DNA of 64,000 nucleotides from Antedon mediterranea (lineage: Eukaryota; Animalia; Echinodermata). Every line of letters begins with the position of its first letter. Position 1 is the stretch's first letter. The position numbers were made by a program, and so were the translations under genes. The DNA lies in NCBI RefSeq assembly GCF_964355755.1, contig NC_092675.1, positions 3,343,812 through 3,407,811 of the forward strand, in the 5' to 3' direction. The notes beneath the pieces were generated by a model. The model was not told the origin of the DNA, made no database searches, and worked only from the letters and a program-made list of their open reading frames with translations. Positions 42,396-55,094 of the stretch are shown one piece after another.

Positions 42396-42872
42396 GACTT
42401 CGCAGCAACTGGAAATGTAAACGAAACTTTCTCTACCTAGTCCAGGAAAACTAAAAACAGACATCAAATCGACTTTGTCAAATACTAACAAAATATTCAC
42501 GGAAACGCTTTGATAATTAATAGTCTAAAATGTTTAACAGAAAATTCATCTTATTGATTTCTTACTACCGTAGTTATAAATGTATACTAAAATTGATTTA
42601 TATTTGAGACGACATTTTTAATATTACAATACATACAGTACTTTTTTGTTCCTTTACATCCCATTAGACCTGTAGAAATGGTACAGTAGTATTTGGTTAG
42701 GATTCTTTGAAGAATATGTGACTTATAAATAGTGTGAAAATAATCTTATTGTGGAAATCTATGTTTCTAAATTTTCAACGTGATTAACTTTATTTATAAC
42801 AAAATTCAAGAAATATTTGTCAAAATCACAATCATAAAATCAAGTAATCGTGGCTATTGTGGTGTTTTACAG

Positions 42873-43009
42873 TGTGCGTCATATCGGTGCATGGTCAACC
42901 CGACGGCAGAAGAAACTTAAATCAGTGTGTTAGCGACTACATAACAGACGTACGGACAGCTCTTCGAAAAATCATGCAGAAACATGGAATTGAGGGCGTG
43001 TACTATTAA
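42873..43009 (+). CDS. Variable BEN terminal exon V13 (class II)
   Basis: VCVISVHGQPDGRRNLNQCVSDYITDVRTALRKIMQKHGIEGVYY*. Confidence 0.8.
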
Positions 43010-43700
43010 ATATGAAGCTGAAGGAAAATATAGAAGAAAATTTTCTCAACCTAGTGTAATAATAACCTTGAATGACTTTCGCCATTAGGCTAACAAAGGA
43101 AACTGAAAATGTCAACCAAAACTGCTCTGAACATTATTCGCTGAATCTTCTACAAATACTGGGACATACGATAACATTGAGAATCTATAACCAAGGTGTT
43201 GCGGACACTTGCATGTTATGGCGCATTGTTGCTGTTACAATCTCTTGACCGATGGTGTCAAATAAATAAATGAAATGAAAACACTGTTTTGCTGATGATA
43301 CTATAATGCTCAGGAGAAGATTTGATCGTTTTATTCATATAAATATTGTACTTTTTAATTAAAATCAAATATTTGACTACAGTACTACACTGTACTTTTA
43401 AGTATATTTTGGACCATAATATTTGTGTTGCGTTCTATTTTTATATTAATTGTTTTTAATTGATATTTTTAACATACTTTTCTCATTGGAAGCTTATTCA
43501 ACAACAATTTTGTAGTAATTAGTGTAAAACTGACTGATTAAATTTACAGAATAAGTGAACATTTAGAGAGGTGAAATATTTTATTTTAGTGTTTTCCCAT
43601 TCCAATTAACTTTTGTTATAAATTAATAAAAATCTTACAGTAACAAATTCATTTTTATTGGCACACAATCATAAAATCAAGTTATTGTGGTGTTTTACAG

Positions 43701-43834
43701 CCTTCGTCACGTCGTTGCTTGGTCCACCTGACGGTAGAAGACAGTTGAATCAATGCGTTAAAGACTACATAATTGATGTACGAACAGCTCAGCGAAAAAT
43801 TATGCAGAAACGTGGAATTGAATGCATGTACTAA
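43701..43834 (+). CDS. Variable BEN terminal exon V14 (class II)
   Basis: AFVTSLLGPPDGRRQLNQCVKDYIIDVRTAQRKIMQKRGIECMY*. Confidence 0.8.
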
Positions 43835-44359
43835 ATGTATGAGACTTGTTAGATAATAGAAACTGAAACCAATTCTTGGCCTAATCGAAGACTAAACCAA
43901 ATCGGTTCTTTCACAGAATTTCTTTTATAATAAGATTTTACAGGAAAACACTACAATATACTAATAATACTTATTAGACTAATTATACTTATTAGACTAA
44001 TTATGTCACAGAGACAAGATTCAGACTGACAACGTTTTAGACAAACACTACAGGCTTCGTTTATTTGTAATCCCATAAAAAAAAATAGTTTTTCTGTAAC
44101 ATTCAGAAAAAAATTCATAATGGTAGAGTGTGTTGTATCAATTCGTTCCCACATATATATATCGCTTTTTGACCATATTTGTGTTATATTCAATTTTTAC
44201 TTTTGGATTCGATTACTTTATTACACATATTAGATTGAAAGTATTGGAACTAAAATCAGATAGTGGTTAGGATGAATTACATTTAAGAGATTATATGTTT
44301 TCAACATAATTTTTATTGTCATAAAATCAAGTAATCGTGGCTATTGTGGTGTTTTACAG

Positions 44360-44481
44360 CCTTCGTCACAGTAATGCTTGGTCCACCGGAAGGCAGAAGA
44401 CAATTGAATCAATGCGTTAGCCTCTACATAACAGATATTCGAAGAGTTATGAAGAAACATGGGATGGAGGGAATGTACTAA
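44360..44481 (+). CDS. Variable BEN terminal exon V15 (class II)
   Basis: AFVTVMLGPPEGRRQLNQCVSLYITDIRRVMKKHGMEGMY*. Confidence 0.8.
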
Positions 44482-45004
44482 ATGTGAGGCTACTACTAGC
44501 TAAAAGGAAAATGTAAAGAAAATCAAAGAATGTCAACCAAGTCTGCTCCATCAAGTCCTAAATATTGTAGCCAATAATAAACAAGTCATAGTACTGTAGG
44601 AACTTTTTAAAAGTGTACGTAATATTGTGAGAAAATAGTACCACAGGGACTATAGTGAAATCAGTACATGTACGCATCATTGATGGTATTTGCAAGTCTA
44701 GTTCACAATTCTCTGGGAAAGATTCATACTGCATCAATTTAAATTCTAAAACAACAATACTTATTTTTCATTTATATTTCTGTATTAAATGGACCATATT
44801 ATTTCAATTTTCCCTTTAAACGTATATTTTTCATTAGATTCTAACACACCCTAGAAAACTGTTGTTTTTTTTAAAAATAGTATGTATAATTATTTGAGAG
44901 AAATTATTTCATTTTTTTTTTTAAGTTATGTTCAAGTTTTCAAGATTATAATTAATTTTAGATAATGAAAATCAAGTAATTATGGCTATTGTGGTGTTTT
45001 ACAG

Positions 45005-45138
45005 TCTTTGTCACATCGTTCCTTGGTCCACCTGACGGCAGAAGAAAGTTATCTCATTGCGTTAGCGACTACATAACGGATGTACGAAGAGCTTTACGAA
45101 ACATTATGAAGGGTCGTGGAATTCAGGGCGTGTACTAA
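45005..45138 (+). CDS. Variable BEN terminal exon V16 (class II)
   Basis: VFVTSFLGPPDGRRKLSHCVSDYITDVRRALRNIMKGRGIQGVY*. Confidence 0.8.
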
Positions 45139-45698
45139 ATATGAAAGAAAATGTTCAAATATTGTGAGAAGAAAGCTGCCTGAAGAGAATGTTTGAAAGG
45201 ATGACTAATTTTATTCTGATGGTGCTAATTGATGTTTGGTGGAAGTATTTCTCAAAACCTGCTCTTATAAATATTTCAGGAACAAAAATGACATTATTAT
45301 CAGGGTCTACAGTAGTCAGTAAAACTAGTTCATGCCACAGAGACCAAGAGTTACAGTACATAGGGTTGTGAATATAGTACTTAGAAAATTGCTTTATTTT
45401 GTCTGAATTCTGTAGTGTTATAAAGTAATGTTGTGCCACTTGTTGGATACGGTACATGTTAGTCCATTTGTGTGATTTTTATTATTTTATTTGATTGATT
45501 TTAAACACATTTCATACAGTACAATTCAAAAAATTGTTTCCAATTATGTTGGAACAATAAATGTTAGGCCTTTAAATTCAGATTGAGAGGTAGAAATATT
45601 AATAGATTTTTTAAATTACAATATCTAAGCCAACAAAATTGTAATATTAGTTGCCAGCTTGTTAAAGTAGTAATCGTAGCTATTGTGGTGTTTTGCAG

Positions 45699-45844
45699 CC
45701 TTTGTCACAGTGTTGCTTGGTCCGCCCGATGGCAGAAGAAAGTTGAATGTGTGCGTTAATGACTACTTGACGGATATACGAACAGCGCTCCGAAAAATTA
45801 TGAAGAAACGTGCTATAGGGATTGAGGGCGTGTACCAAATGTGA
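45699..45844 (+). CDS. Variable BEN terminal exon V17 (class II)
   Basis: AFVTVLLGPPDGRRKLNVCVNDYLTDIRTALRKIMKKRAIGIEGVYQM*. Confidence 0.8.
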
Positions 45845-46199
45845 AGTTTACTAACTGAAAACATAAACAAAATTTTGCCAACCAAGTTAAAAATAAAGCA
45901 TTATAAAGGAACTATTATTGCGAGAGTATTGTTTACGCAAAGTGCTTCATCTTTTTGAGAAAGAAGAATTTCTATACAGTGTGGTTTTGCCAGAAAGGCC
46001 AGTAACAAAAAGCAAAGAACACTGCGAAATTTTATGTTCTTTATTAAGAAAACTGTTTGGTCCATTTATGTAACTATTTATTTTGCTTTTTTTTTGTCAC
46101 TTACCGTACAGTTTTGTAGAAACAATTTTAACTAACTTTTAAAATAATAAAATCGAACTAATATTTCAAAGTAATCGTGGCTATTGTGGTGTTTTGCAG

Positions 46200-46348
46200 C
46201 GTTCGTCACACTGTTGCTTGGTCAGCCCGACAGGAAAAGAAAATTGAATGCGTGCATCAACGACTGTATAACAAATACACGTACATCGCAACGTCACATT
46301 ATGAAGAAACAAGGACTTCTGCAACAAAATGTGGATTTTACTACGTGA
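46200..46348 (+). CDS. Variable BEN terminal exon V18 (class II)
   Basis: AFVTLLLGQPDRKRKLNACINDCITNTRTSQRHIMKKQGLLQQNVDFTT*. Confidence 0.8.
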
Positions 46349-46967
46349 AAATAAAACTGAATCTGAGAATACTTTTTACTATAAACCTGTCTGCAAATGT
46401 AAGGGAACAATTTGGCTTCAGTGGTAGAGATTGTGCTTGAAAGAACAAAGCAATGCTTTTTAAAAAAACTGCGATACAATAATTGTCTAAATATGTTAAC
46501 ATGTGTTTCATTGTCATGACGAACAAACTAAGTTGAGGCAAACAGTACAGGATTACTTGCTTAGCAGTATCGCTTTTAACTTGTTTATTTATTCTGTTCA
46601 AAGATTGTAGTTAACTGTATGTGTTACATGTACATTCGCTTTGAGTTCTTGTTGCTTAACCCATTAGCCAGTTGAATTCAAGTTCCAATTCTCTTCTTTC
46701 TCGTGTTTAACGCAAATCATGTATGTATAGTCTACTAGCAGTAATAGTACTTTTTTGGTTGCAAACAAAAATGATTCCCTTTTCGCTTTATGTTACGTTA
46801 TGTTTTCTAATACTGTACAGTAATGTCAGGCCTTGTATGTATATCACATAGATTTTAATTGTTAAAATGTGTGTTCGTTATGTCCAACCAGCAGCTGACG
46901 AGATACCTTTCTTAAATTTAAAAGACTTTAGTAATATATGCTGTTTTGTATCTTTCACCACTGACAG

Positions 46968-47113
46968 AGTTTGTAGATAATAGTCTTGGTCCAACAAGTA
47001 CAAGGAGAAATTTAACTCAGTGCATCAGTGACTACATAAGGTCTGTTAGAGTTGGCCTACTGAATAAAACGAGACGAGGACACAACAACCTCAACGTATG
47101 GTACTCCTCTTAG
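46968..47113 (+). CDS. Variable BEN terminal exon V19 (class II, divergent)
   Basis: EFVDNSLGPTSTRRNLTQCISDYIRSVRVGLLNKTRRGHNNLNVWYSS*. Confidence 0.8.
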
Positions 47114-47823
47114 GTAGGATAGACATTTTACCATTGCGGTCTGCGGTTAGATTCATAGGTAAGGAAAAGGGGGAAATGAGCAATATCAGGCTTGGTTTAG
47201 GACTAGGTTGTGTTTAAAGGCATAGTGTAGTATTATTTTTGAAAGCCTCTCGGACGGATCAACGAGGATGTAGTCGGAGTGGTGTTTTCCTTCAGCATTG
47301 TATCGGACATGTTAGGGTTGTGAATTTTTTTAAGATCAGGGACAATTTGATTTGTGGGTTCATTAATAGGAATCACTACTTTGATAAGGGTTCTCTTTAA
47401 AAATGTAATGATTACATCCATGTGACACAAATCAAATATACTATTTAAAATTTAATATTGAGTGATTTTATCCCATTTCAGAAATTATAATTATTTATCA
47501 GATATGATCTATGATATTTAGTGTCTATTATGTCTGAAACAAACTTTACTCGACCAATGGTATGATTTATCAGATTCTTGATGTTTGATTCACCAATAAT
47601 TTGCATATATGTAAATTAGTCCAGGTGTGATTTTTTTATATGCTTTAAATATTAAACTTAATATTTTTAGCCAGACTTTACTTGATCAATGAAATTCGGC
47701 ATGATTTTGATTACGGTAATTGTTAAAGATTAATTTACCAATAATTTGCATATAATATGTAAATTAGTCCAGGTGTTCTTTTTTTTGGTTCTAATACGGC
47801 TTTCCTTTTGCTTCTTTATGCAG

Positions 47824-47963
47824 TGTTCGTCCGGTCCCTTTTTGAGGTTACCACCAAACAATTGAACATTGTCATCAAAAATTTCATATTCAGTGAAAAG
47901 CGACGACGCAAAGGAAGGCTTGGAATGCTCTATGGAACAATGAGTGGGAATTGGTTAGATTAA
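47824..47963 (+). CDS. Variable BEN terminal exon V20 (class III)
   Basis: VFVRSLFEVTTKQLNIVIKNFIFSEKRRRKGRLGMLYGTMSGNWLD*. Confidence 0.75.
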
Positions 47964-48505
47964 TATAGCAGGGTCTAATTTGCATAATATTACATTTAAA
48001 GTATATAAACAGTTTGAGATTAAAGGCAGAATATGTTTTGTACCATAGGAGGTTATATTTTGAATTAATGTTACAAAATAGGTTGTCTTAAAATGAAACT
48101 ATTCTACTGCTGCTAGGTACTGTTTTAATTTGTGTTTTATTAACTGAGTGAGAGAGCGTTTTTAATATTCGAAAAGTTTTAGAAGAGAGTTCCAATGTTC
48201 ATAAGTCTTTTTACCATTTTTTTTATCGGTTTCAATTCGTGTTGAATTCAGTCTTTCATTCAGTGATTAATTATTTCTATTTCTTGTTGAAGTTAAATTT
48301 TGTATTGATTTATTGTATTACCATAATTCTAATAAATAATAATGTATATTGGTGATTATATTTTTGCTTAATCAAATTATAAAAAACCTTTATTCATTAT
48401 CAAATGATGTATTATGTCAGTACATAACTGATACTGACTGATACGCATGTCAGTAAAAATAGATTTTTAAAAAAACCATAACCATTTCGCCAAGCAGATT
48501 ATTCT

Positions 48506-48690
48506 CGGTGGCGTAACGGCTATGATCGCTCACAGACTAAACCCAGAGGGCCTGGAGATTATGAGGCCCCTGAGCAGTGCAAGGCATTAAAATATGTCGA
48601 AACGGGCTAAAAACGCCAGAGGCCTCCAGCGTTGGAGGGCCACTTAGGGTTCCTAAACCAGGGGCCTCGGGCCTCTGCGTTGCGCCACTG
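48506..48690. mobile_element. Short non-autonomous DNA transposon (possibly hAT-like)
   Basis: Ends cggtggcgtaacg / cgttgcgccactg; flanks attattct and attgtgct resemble a decayed 8-bp TSD; related copy at ~2051-2215. Confidence 0.6.
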
Positions 48691-48745
48691 ATTGTGCTGT
48701 ACGTAGCCAGATTTTAATGTTAGTTTCCTTCTCCTCTTTATATAG

Positions 48746-48864
48746 TGTATACCCAGCTAGTCTTTGCAGTGGCTACAACTAAGTTGAATACTATCATCAA
48801 AGAACGAATATTCAACGTAAGACGGCAGTTAGAAGCGTCACATGGCTCGTATCAAATGTATTGA
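48746..48864 (+). CDS. Variable BEN terminal exon V21 (class III)
   Basis: VYTQLVFAVATTKLNTIIKERIFNVRRQLEASHGSYQMY*. Confidence 0.75.
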
Positions 48865-49164
48865 ATTCGGACCCAAATTAAGCCAAATTATTAATATAAA
48901 ATGACCAACAGTATAATACAGTACAACTATTTAATATTTTTTTATATTTTATTTTATGTAGTTCATCATCGCCATGTCGCATACAAATAAATTTATGGTT
49001 GTATGGGAATCAATTTTCCTTAAATATTATAACATCAGAGAAAGAATAGTTTTTCAGTTTGATTTTATTAGTTTTGTTTATTTTTTTGTCTGTTAATGTA
49101 TCAAAACACCTTAAATGGCACTGTAGTATGGTTTTTTTCCAGACTTTTTAGCATCAGATAATAA

Positions 49165-49393
49165 TAGGGAGGTTTCGCTCACTCCCTTTGATGTTACGCT
49201 AGGCCTAGGCAGCCAAGCACCAAGCAACACGTACTTGCGCTTCGCTCAAATTTACCGCAGTCATATTTTGGATGGCGCCCTCAATATTTCGTTGCCATGC
49301 GAGACAGATTTTTACTGGCTTGCGAAAAACGAATACGTGTGCGTGACGTATCCGTTTTCGTTATCGTATTCGTAAGATTGCGAAACCTCCCTA
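49165..49393. mobile_element. MITE family C
   Basis: Perfect TIR tagggaggtttcgc ... gcgaaacctcccta. Confidence 0.75.
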
Positions 49394-50015
49394 ATAATAC
49401 AGTAATAACATGTCGTCGATTAATGTTGTTTTAATTCTGGTTAACACTCCAATGAGTTGTCCTAGTTATAGCATGTATTTTAATTTATACCACCATGTAT
49501 TAACCTCGATAATAAATTAGGATATTGACTACAAAGATAGATAACTTATCGTAGTATTAACTATTTCAACATTGTAGTATACTTGTTTTTTTTCTGTTGT
49601 TGGTTTGCGATCATAATTGTGTGTTCAGATTTTCTGCCTTTGTGATTGTGTCATTTTATAAAATGTAAATGAGGCCTATGTGATTATATATTTTTAACTA
49701 ATAATAGACTGCAACTTGTTTTAACTGATATTAAGGAGTTCCAATATGTCACATTTTAAAACAATCAATTTAATGACTGCTGGCAAAACTTGATCGTTTT
49801 AAATTGCCATTAGATATTACAATACATGTACAGAAGGATTTATTCAATTTGGAATTTCCAAGAGAGCATTTGTATATAATAAATTAAATTTGTCCAATTG
49901 TTGTTAAACTATTTTACATAAAAATGTTCAAACTTTTGTGAATAAAGTTTAAAATCGAATTAAAATAAGTTGTAGTTTATGAGATCATTTATTTCAAGTC
50001 CTCTGTGTTCTACAG

Positions 50016-50311
50016 CTTATACTCGCATCACCCACAACGTCTTAGACTCGAAACAGAACTTAAGAATCAAAGAATACATATTCACCTGCAGACGGAGTCT
50101 AAACACCAGCCTCAGAAGGGAGGAGCTGGAAAACCTGAGCTGTGGACAGTTAGCTGAGGCTGAGCAGGTGGAAGAGTCTTCTAGGAACTCAGCAAGCCTT
50201 TCTACCACCGAACAGCAATCAAGAGATTGGACGAGTCAAGAAGGGGTTGTTATTAAAGAGGAACCAAACTTTCTAGATGATTTCTATCAACTTTTTAAAG
50301 AAACTGAGTAG
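50016..50311 (+). CDS. Variable BEN terminal exon V22 (class III, long acidic tail)
   Basis: AYTRITHNVLDSKQNLRIKEYIFTCRRSL...GVVIKEEPNFLDDFYQLFKETE*. Confidence 0.8.
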
Positions 50312-51899
50312 ATTAATTATAAATTCAAGATTCTGCTTTGTTATCTTGAGTGGGACGGCTAGAGAACATTTTTGATTAGCCATAACTACTGAATCTGAAT
50401 TTGGAAAGATAGATTGTATTGCATGATAAATGATAAGGTTGAATTGTGTATAATTTGAATATGCTACATACACTGGCTAAAAATATAAAGTATTTAGATG
50501 CATGATAAATTCATATCTTTGAAATGTATTGCAATTGAGAATTCTGAGTGTACTGTTAGTGAATGAGATTTGTGTGTGTATGGTACAATGTTGATTGAGA
50601 ATTGTTTGTGAACTTTAAGAGATTATATCTTTTGTTTAGCCTGCTGTTACATTATGTATTGGATTGATGCTGTTTAATTATCATGTAATGTATCTTGATC
50701 CATATTGCATGTCTGTTAGTCTGGGCTCCAGATGGAGTTTTGTCTTAATATTAGTAAAAATATAAATATTTTGCACATATGGCGTTTCATACGTGTATTA
50801 CTTGAGTTTTCAGACAAAAATCAAAACGACGACGTGTGGAATGACATTAAAAACAGACTTGGAGCTTAAATAATTGACTACCGGTACCAAAAATTAATCT
50901 TGAATTCACCAATCATGTTTAACATTAGAATGTTAAAAGTTGTAAGGCTGTGTTCATACGTACAACGTGTAAGAATGGAAGTGACTGTTTATCTGTCTTT
51001 TTGTAATCTTGTTTGGATAAATGTACATATGTAAATTCAAATTCAATTTGGTGCTGTAATTAGCTGAACTATTGTTTAAAAAATACCACCGGCTTCCTTC
51101 CCTAATTGGTGTTATTTTACTTGTGACCACAATAACTGTTACTGTGTAATTTAAATAAAAATGAATGTATTTATATTATATTCATCTACAGAGTTATGGT
51201 TTTGTGTCATGTGCAAAGTTAAATTTAATTTGGCATCATAATCAACAAAGTAGACTCGATCAAAAATAAAATGTTCTCTTGCGTTGTTTATTTATGTTCT
51301 TATCAGGGATAATTGTTTAATGGTGCTACTAAAAGTCAGAATTTTCTGGCACCCAATGATAGTTTTTGTCTGCAAGTTCCAATATTCTATGTAGAAATTA
51401 TTATAAATGGTTTTGTAAATTCCGTAATTTGTGTCAACTCTTACTGTAATTTAGTAAAACTTTTGGTTACAATTCTGTATAAAAAGTTGTACTAGTGCGT
51501 TTTTGTAATTTTGTGTGGAAATCTGATAATTTTTCTATTGATATTAAGTTTATTGCTCTTCCTACATTTGTAAGACAACCATGTGTTGCACTACCCACAC
51601 TGCATTGCATTGATTGTACAGTTAGTATATGTGTATACTGTATTACAAACAATAAATATACACATAAAATAAATCTAAGCATTTTAACAGTGTTCTGCTA
51701 CTTGTATAGAGTATAATACTGTATATTAAAATCCCATCTTTTTTAGCACAATATACTTTACATGATTCCTCACTGCGTTATACATATTATATACTCTACT
51801 TCCAAATGATAAACTTTTACATCTTTTTGTGCCATTCACTATAATATTCATTTTAATGACAAAAGTGTTGAATGTGTCCTATTGCTGTTTTTTCTACAG

Positions 51900-52027
51900 T
51901 GTTCTTTTATGACCAACATGGTGTAGAGAAGTCCGAGTCGATGCGTCTTATCGGTGTGTACCTCCGCGACATCCGCAGGCCCCGGGCGAAGACAATCAAA
52001 CAATCATTCCAATTTCTCCCATCATGA
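51900..52027 (+). CDS. Variable BEN terminal exon V23 (class IV)
   Basis: VFFYDQHGVEKSESMRLIGVYLRDIRRPRAKTIKQSFQFLPS*. Confidence 0.8.
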
Positions 52028-52677
52028 TTTTTGCTAGTTAGTCAGTTCTGATTATTTCATAAAATATTTAGTTAAATTACATTTTTTATTAATAAATGCT
52101 CTATTAGGTTGTATTATACTCCAATTCTCGTTCATTCAATAATTGTCAAAAGTATCGTTGAGCAATGGCAAGAAAGATTGATTTGTTTTCGCCTTGTGAT
52201 AAGGTTATTATATAAAGTCAGATTGAGTTGGTGGGAGGGTGTGGAGGAAGTGAGCAGTTAGAGTTGTAGAAGTAAATATTATCTAAGTCTAGCACTGGTG
52301 GTATTTGTTCTTCAAGGTTTTAATTTCCATTAATTTCTTTAATATTGGAAAGCAATATTTTAGATTCTGCTATAATCTCTTTGGATTGAGGGCGGGTAGT
52401 TGGTGATAATTAAAATAGATTGTACTACAATAAGAGATAATTTTTGCATTTTTCTTATATCCCATATTTTGTTTTTATTATGCTTTAAATGAAACAATAT
52501 CGTGAAAAATGAAGAATTCATCTATTAAAATATTTTCTACCAAAATTATGGCAGAAAATAATTCAATCAAATAACAAATTTTTTAACAAATACTTTACTG
52601 TGAATTTTATTAAAATTATTTATAATAAAATTTGTAATCTTGTTGGTGACATCCGATCTTGATATTTTTCCCAACAG

Positions 52678-52823
52678 CGTTTATTCTGAAAACGTACGCG
52701 GTAGGCAAACCGGAAACTGGTCGTATAATGGGCGTCTACTTACATGATATACGCAGATGTCGGGCCAGGAAAGCCAATCAAACAAGCGAATTTACATACG
52801 TGATTCATACGTACAAGTGTTGA
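52678..52823 (+). CDS. Variable BEN terminal exon V24 (class IV)
   Basis: AFILKTYAVGKPETGRIMGVYLHDIRRCRARKANQTSEFTYVIHTYKC*. Confidence 0.8.
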
Positions 52824-53046
52824 ATGAGTTGTTTATTCATGGTTTCGTAGATTCGCAAGGTATTTCCACTGGGGAACTATGAACTGATTGTTAATATACG
52901 TCTATTATTTTTACATAATTTTTTATAATTTTTCAAAAATGTGGATTACAGTATTTGTTTCTAAAGAAAGACTGCATTACTGTATATTTAAATTCTCACT
53001 TTTTACAGTTGAACCATTATTAAAAGTAAACTTGGAGGAACCAATG

Positions 53047-53748
53047 AAGTGTCTCCTTAATAGAGGTGCACTCTGAATAGGGATTAACCAGTGTTATAAA
53101 ACATATATTTACCCTTGTTTGTTTCATAGGAAAGTGTCTCCTTAATAGAGGTGCACTCTGAATAGGGATTAACCAGTGTTATAAAACATATATTTACCCT
53201 TGTTTGTTTTATGGGAAAGTGTCTCCTTAATAGAGGTGCACTCTGAATAGGGATTAACCAGTGTTATACAACATATATTTACCCTTGAATGTTTGTTTTA
53301 TGGGAAAGTGTCTCCTTAATAGAGGTGCACTCTGAATAGGGATTAACCAGTGTTATACAACATATATTTACCCTTGTTTGTTTTATGGGAAAGTGTCTCC
53401 TTAATAGAGGTGCCCTCTGAATTGGGATTAACCAGTGTTATAAAACATATATTTACCCTTGTTTGTTTTATGGGAAAGTGTCTCCTTAATAGAGGTGCCC
53501 TCTGAATAGGGATTAACAAGTGTTATACAACATATATTTACCCTTGTTTTTTTATGGGAAAGTGTCTCCTTAATAGAGGTGCATTCTGAATAGGGATTAA
53601 CCAGTGTTATACAACATATATTTACCCTTGTTTGTTTTATGGGAAAGTGTCTCCTTAATAGAGGTGCCCTCTGAATTGGGATTAACCAGTGTTATAAAAC
53701 ATATATTTACCCTTGTTTGTTTCATAGGAAAGTATCCCCTTAATAGGG
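53047..53748. repeat. ~85-bp minisatellite (~8 units)
   Basis: aagtgtctccttaatagaggtgcactctgaatagggattaaccagtgttat...gggaa repeated with few substitutions. Confidence 0.9.
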
Positions 53749-54027
53749 TTGTTTACTGCCTTGGTGGTTTCCCAAAGGTTCTTGTATACGCCCAGGCTTA
53801 TTATTAATCGCAACAGAGGTTGTCGACATGTGTTATAAAGATTTGCTGACGCAACCCCTAGACGGCATGTTGTCAAATAAATAAAATGAATACCCCATGA
53901 TGCAACATAAACGGAAACATTCTTTTGATGAGATTGATCAGTGATATTCCATTTGGCCTGGTTCCAGCCTGGTGATTGGTAATAAAATAATGCTTCCTGT
54001 CACTATATTCGCTTACAATAGTACCTT

Positions 54028-54178
54028 CTGACACTATCAAACTTTATGTGACAAAAAAGTGGGATGTGCCTGAATATGGTAGTGATATGCCCATGATAGT
54101 AATATGACATCATCATGTCCATATATGGGCACATCACATTTTTTTGTCACATAAAGTTTGAAAGTGTAGACAGAGCTT
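54028..54178. mobile_element. MITE family A copy
   Basis: acactatcaaacttt ... aaagtttgaaagtgtagacagagctt. Confidence 0.8.
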
Positions 54179-54942
54179 AAGACCAAAACAAGAATGAAAC
54201 TTCATTGTACCTTTCAAGCCTATACACGTCCTTTTAATATGTTTATTGTCAAATGTAAAAATTGTTGTGTGAAATACTGTATAGTAAAAAGTGTATTGTA
54301 TTTATCTGTTTTGTTTTATAATGAAAAGAAATCAAACAAAAGAACAGATGTTTACTAGGAAGGCCAGTGTTTTAATTGTAAATTTGTTTGGCATTGTTGG
54401 TAAACATGAGGTAGTCCACATGTAATTGTAGTAGTTTTCCATTTTGTTGGAGTCTATTGAAAATATTGTTTCTGTAGTTGAACAACATTCTGGAATTATG
54501 TCTTTAGGCTAAAAGTAGCATAATAAAACTATAACTTAATAAATCAAAATGTTGATATACCATAACACATATTTTCAATTTTAACAGAAATAAAGAAACA
54601 CCCACGTTTTCCGTAATATTGCCGAAATTAATCATGTGAAACGATAAAATGGAGAAAGTTATATGAATTTAAATAATTTTTAAAAAAAATGTTAGTAAAA
54701 TGAATTAGTTAATTGTAAATATTGAAAAAATAGCACACCATAGTAACTATTTTTAAAAATTGGGATACAAAATATGTTTTTATAGTTTTTATTTAAATAC
54801 AGTATTTTATAAATTCAAGTGATATGTTGCTTATAAATATACTCTGTTTCGTAAATATTTGTTTAAACTTTGAAGCAAAATAAATTGTTGAGAATGTGCA
54901 AAAAGTGGAAACTCTAGATTATTGGTCTTTTTTACCCAACAG

Positions 54943-55094
54943 TGTACTTTTATGTGAACTTTGCAGTTGAGATGACGGAAACGCGACGTTTGATCAGTGT
55001 CTACCTCCGTGATATACGCAAATTGCAACTACTCCAAGCGAATAAACGAGCTGAAGCGTTGTTGTTAGCGCACGGATTCGTAGAAGAACCATAA
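54943..55094 (+). CDS. Variable BEN terminal exon V25 (class IV)
   Basis: VYFYVNFAVEMTETRRLISVYLRDIRKLQLLQANKRAEALLLAHGFVEEP*. Confidence 0.8.

Noticed and set aside
35026-46348. Regularly spaced conserved blocks with unique spacers suggesting a CRISPR-like array or dispersed repeat
   Set aside because: Eukaryotic context; the blocks end in AG and are followed by in-phase coding paralogues, so they are duplicated splice acceptors and exons.
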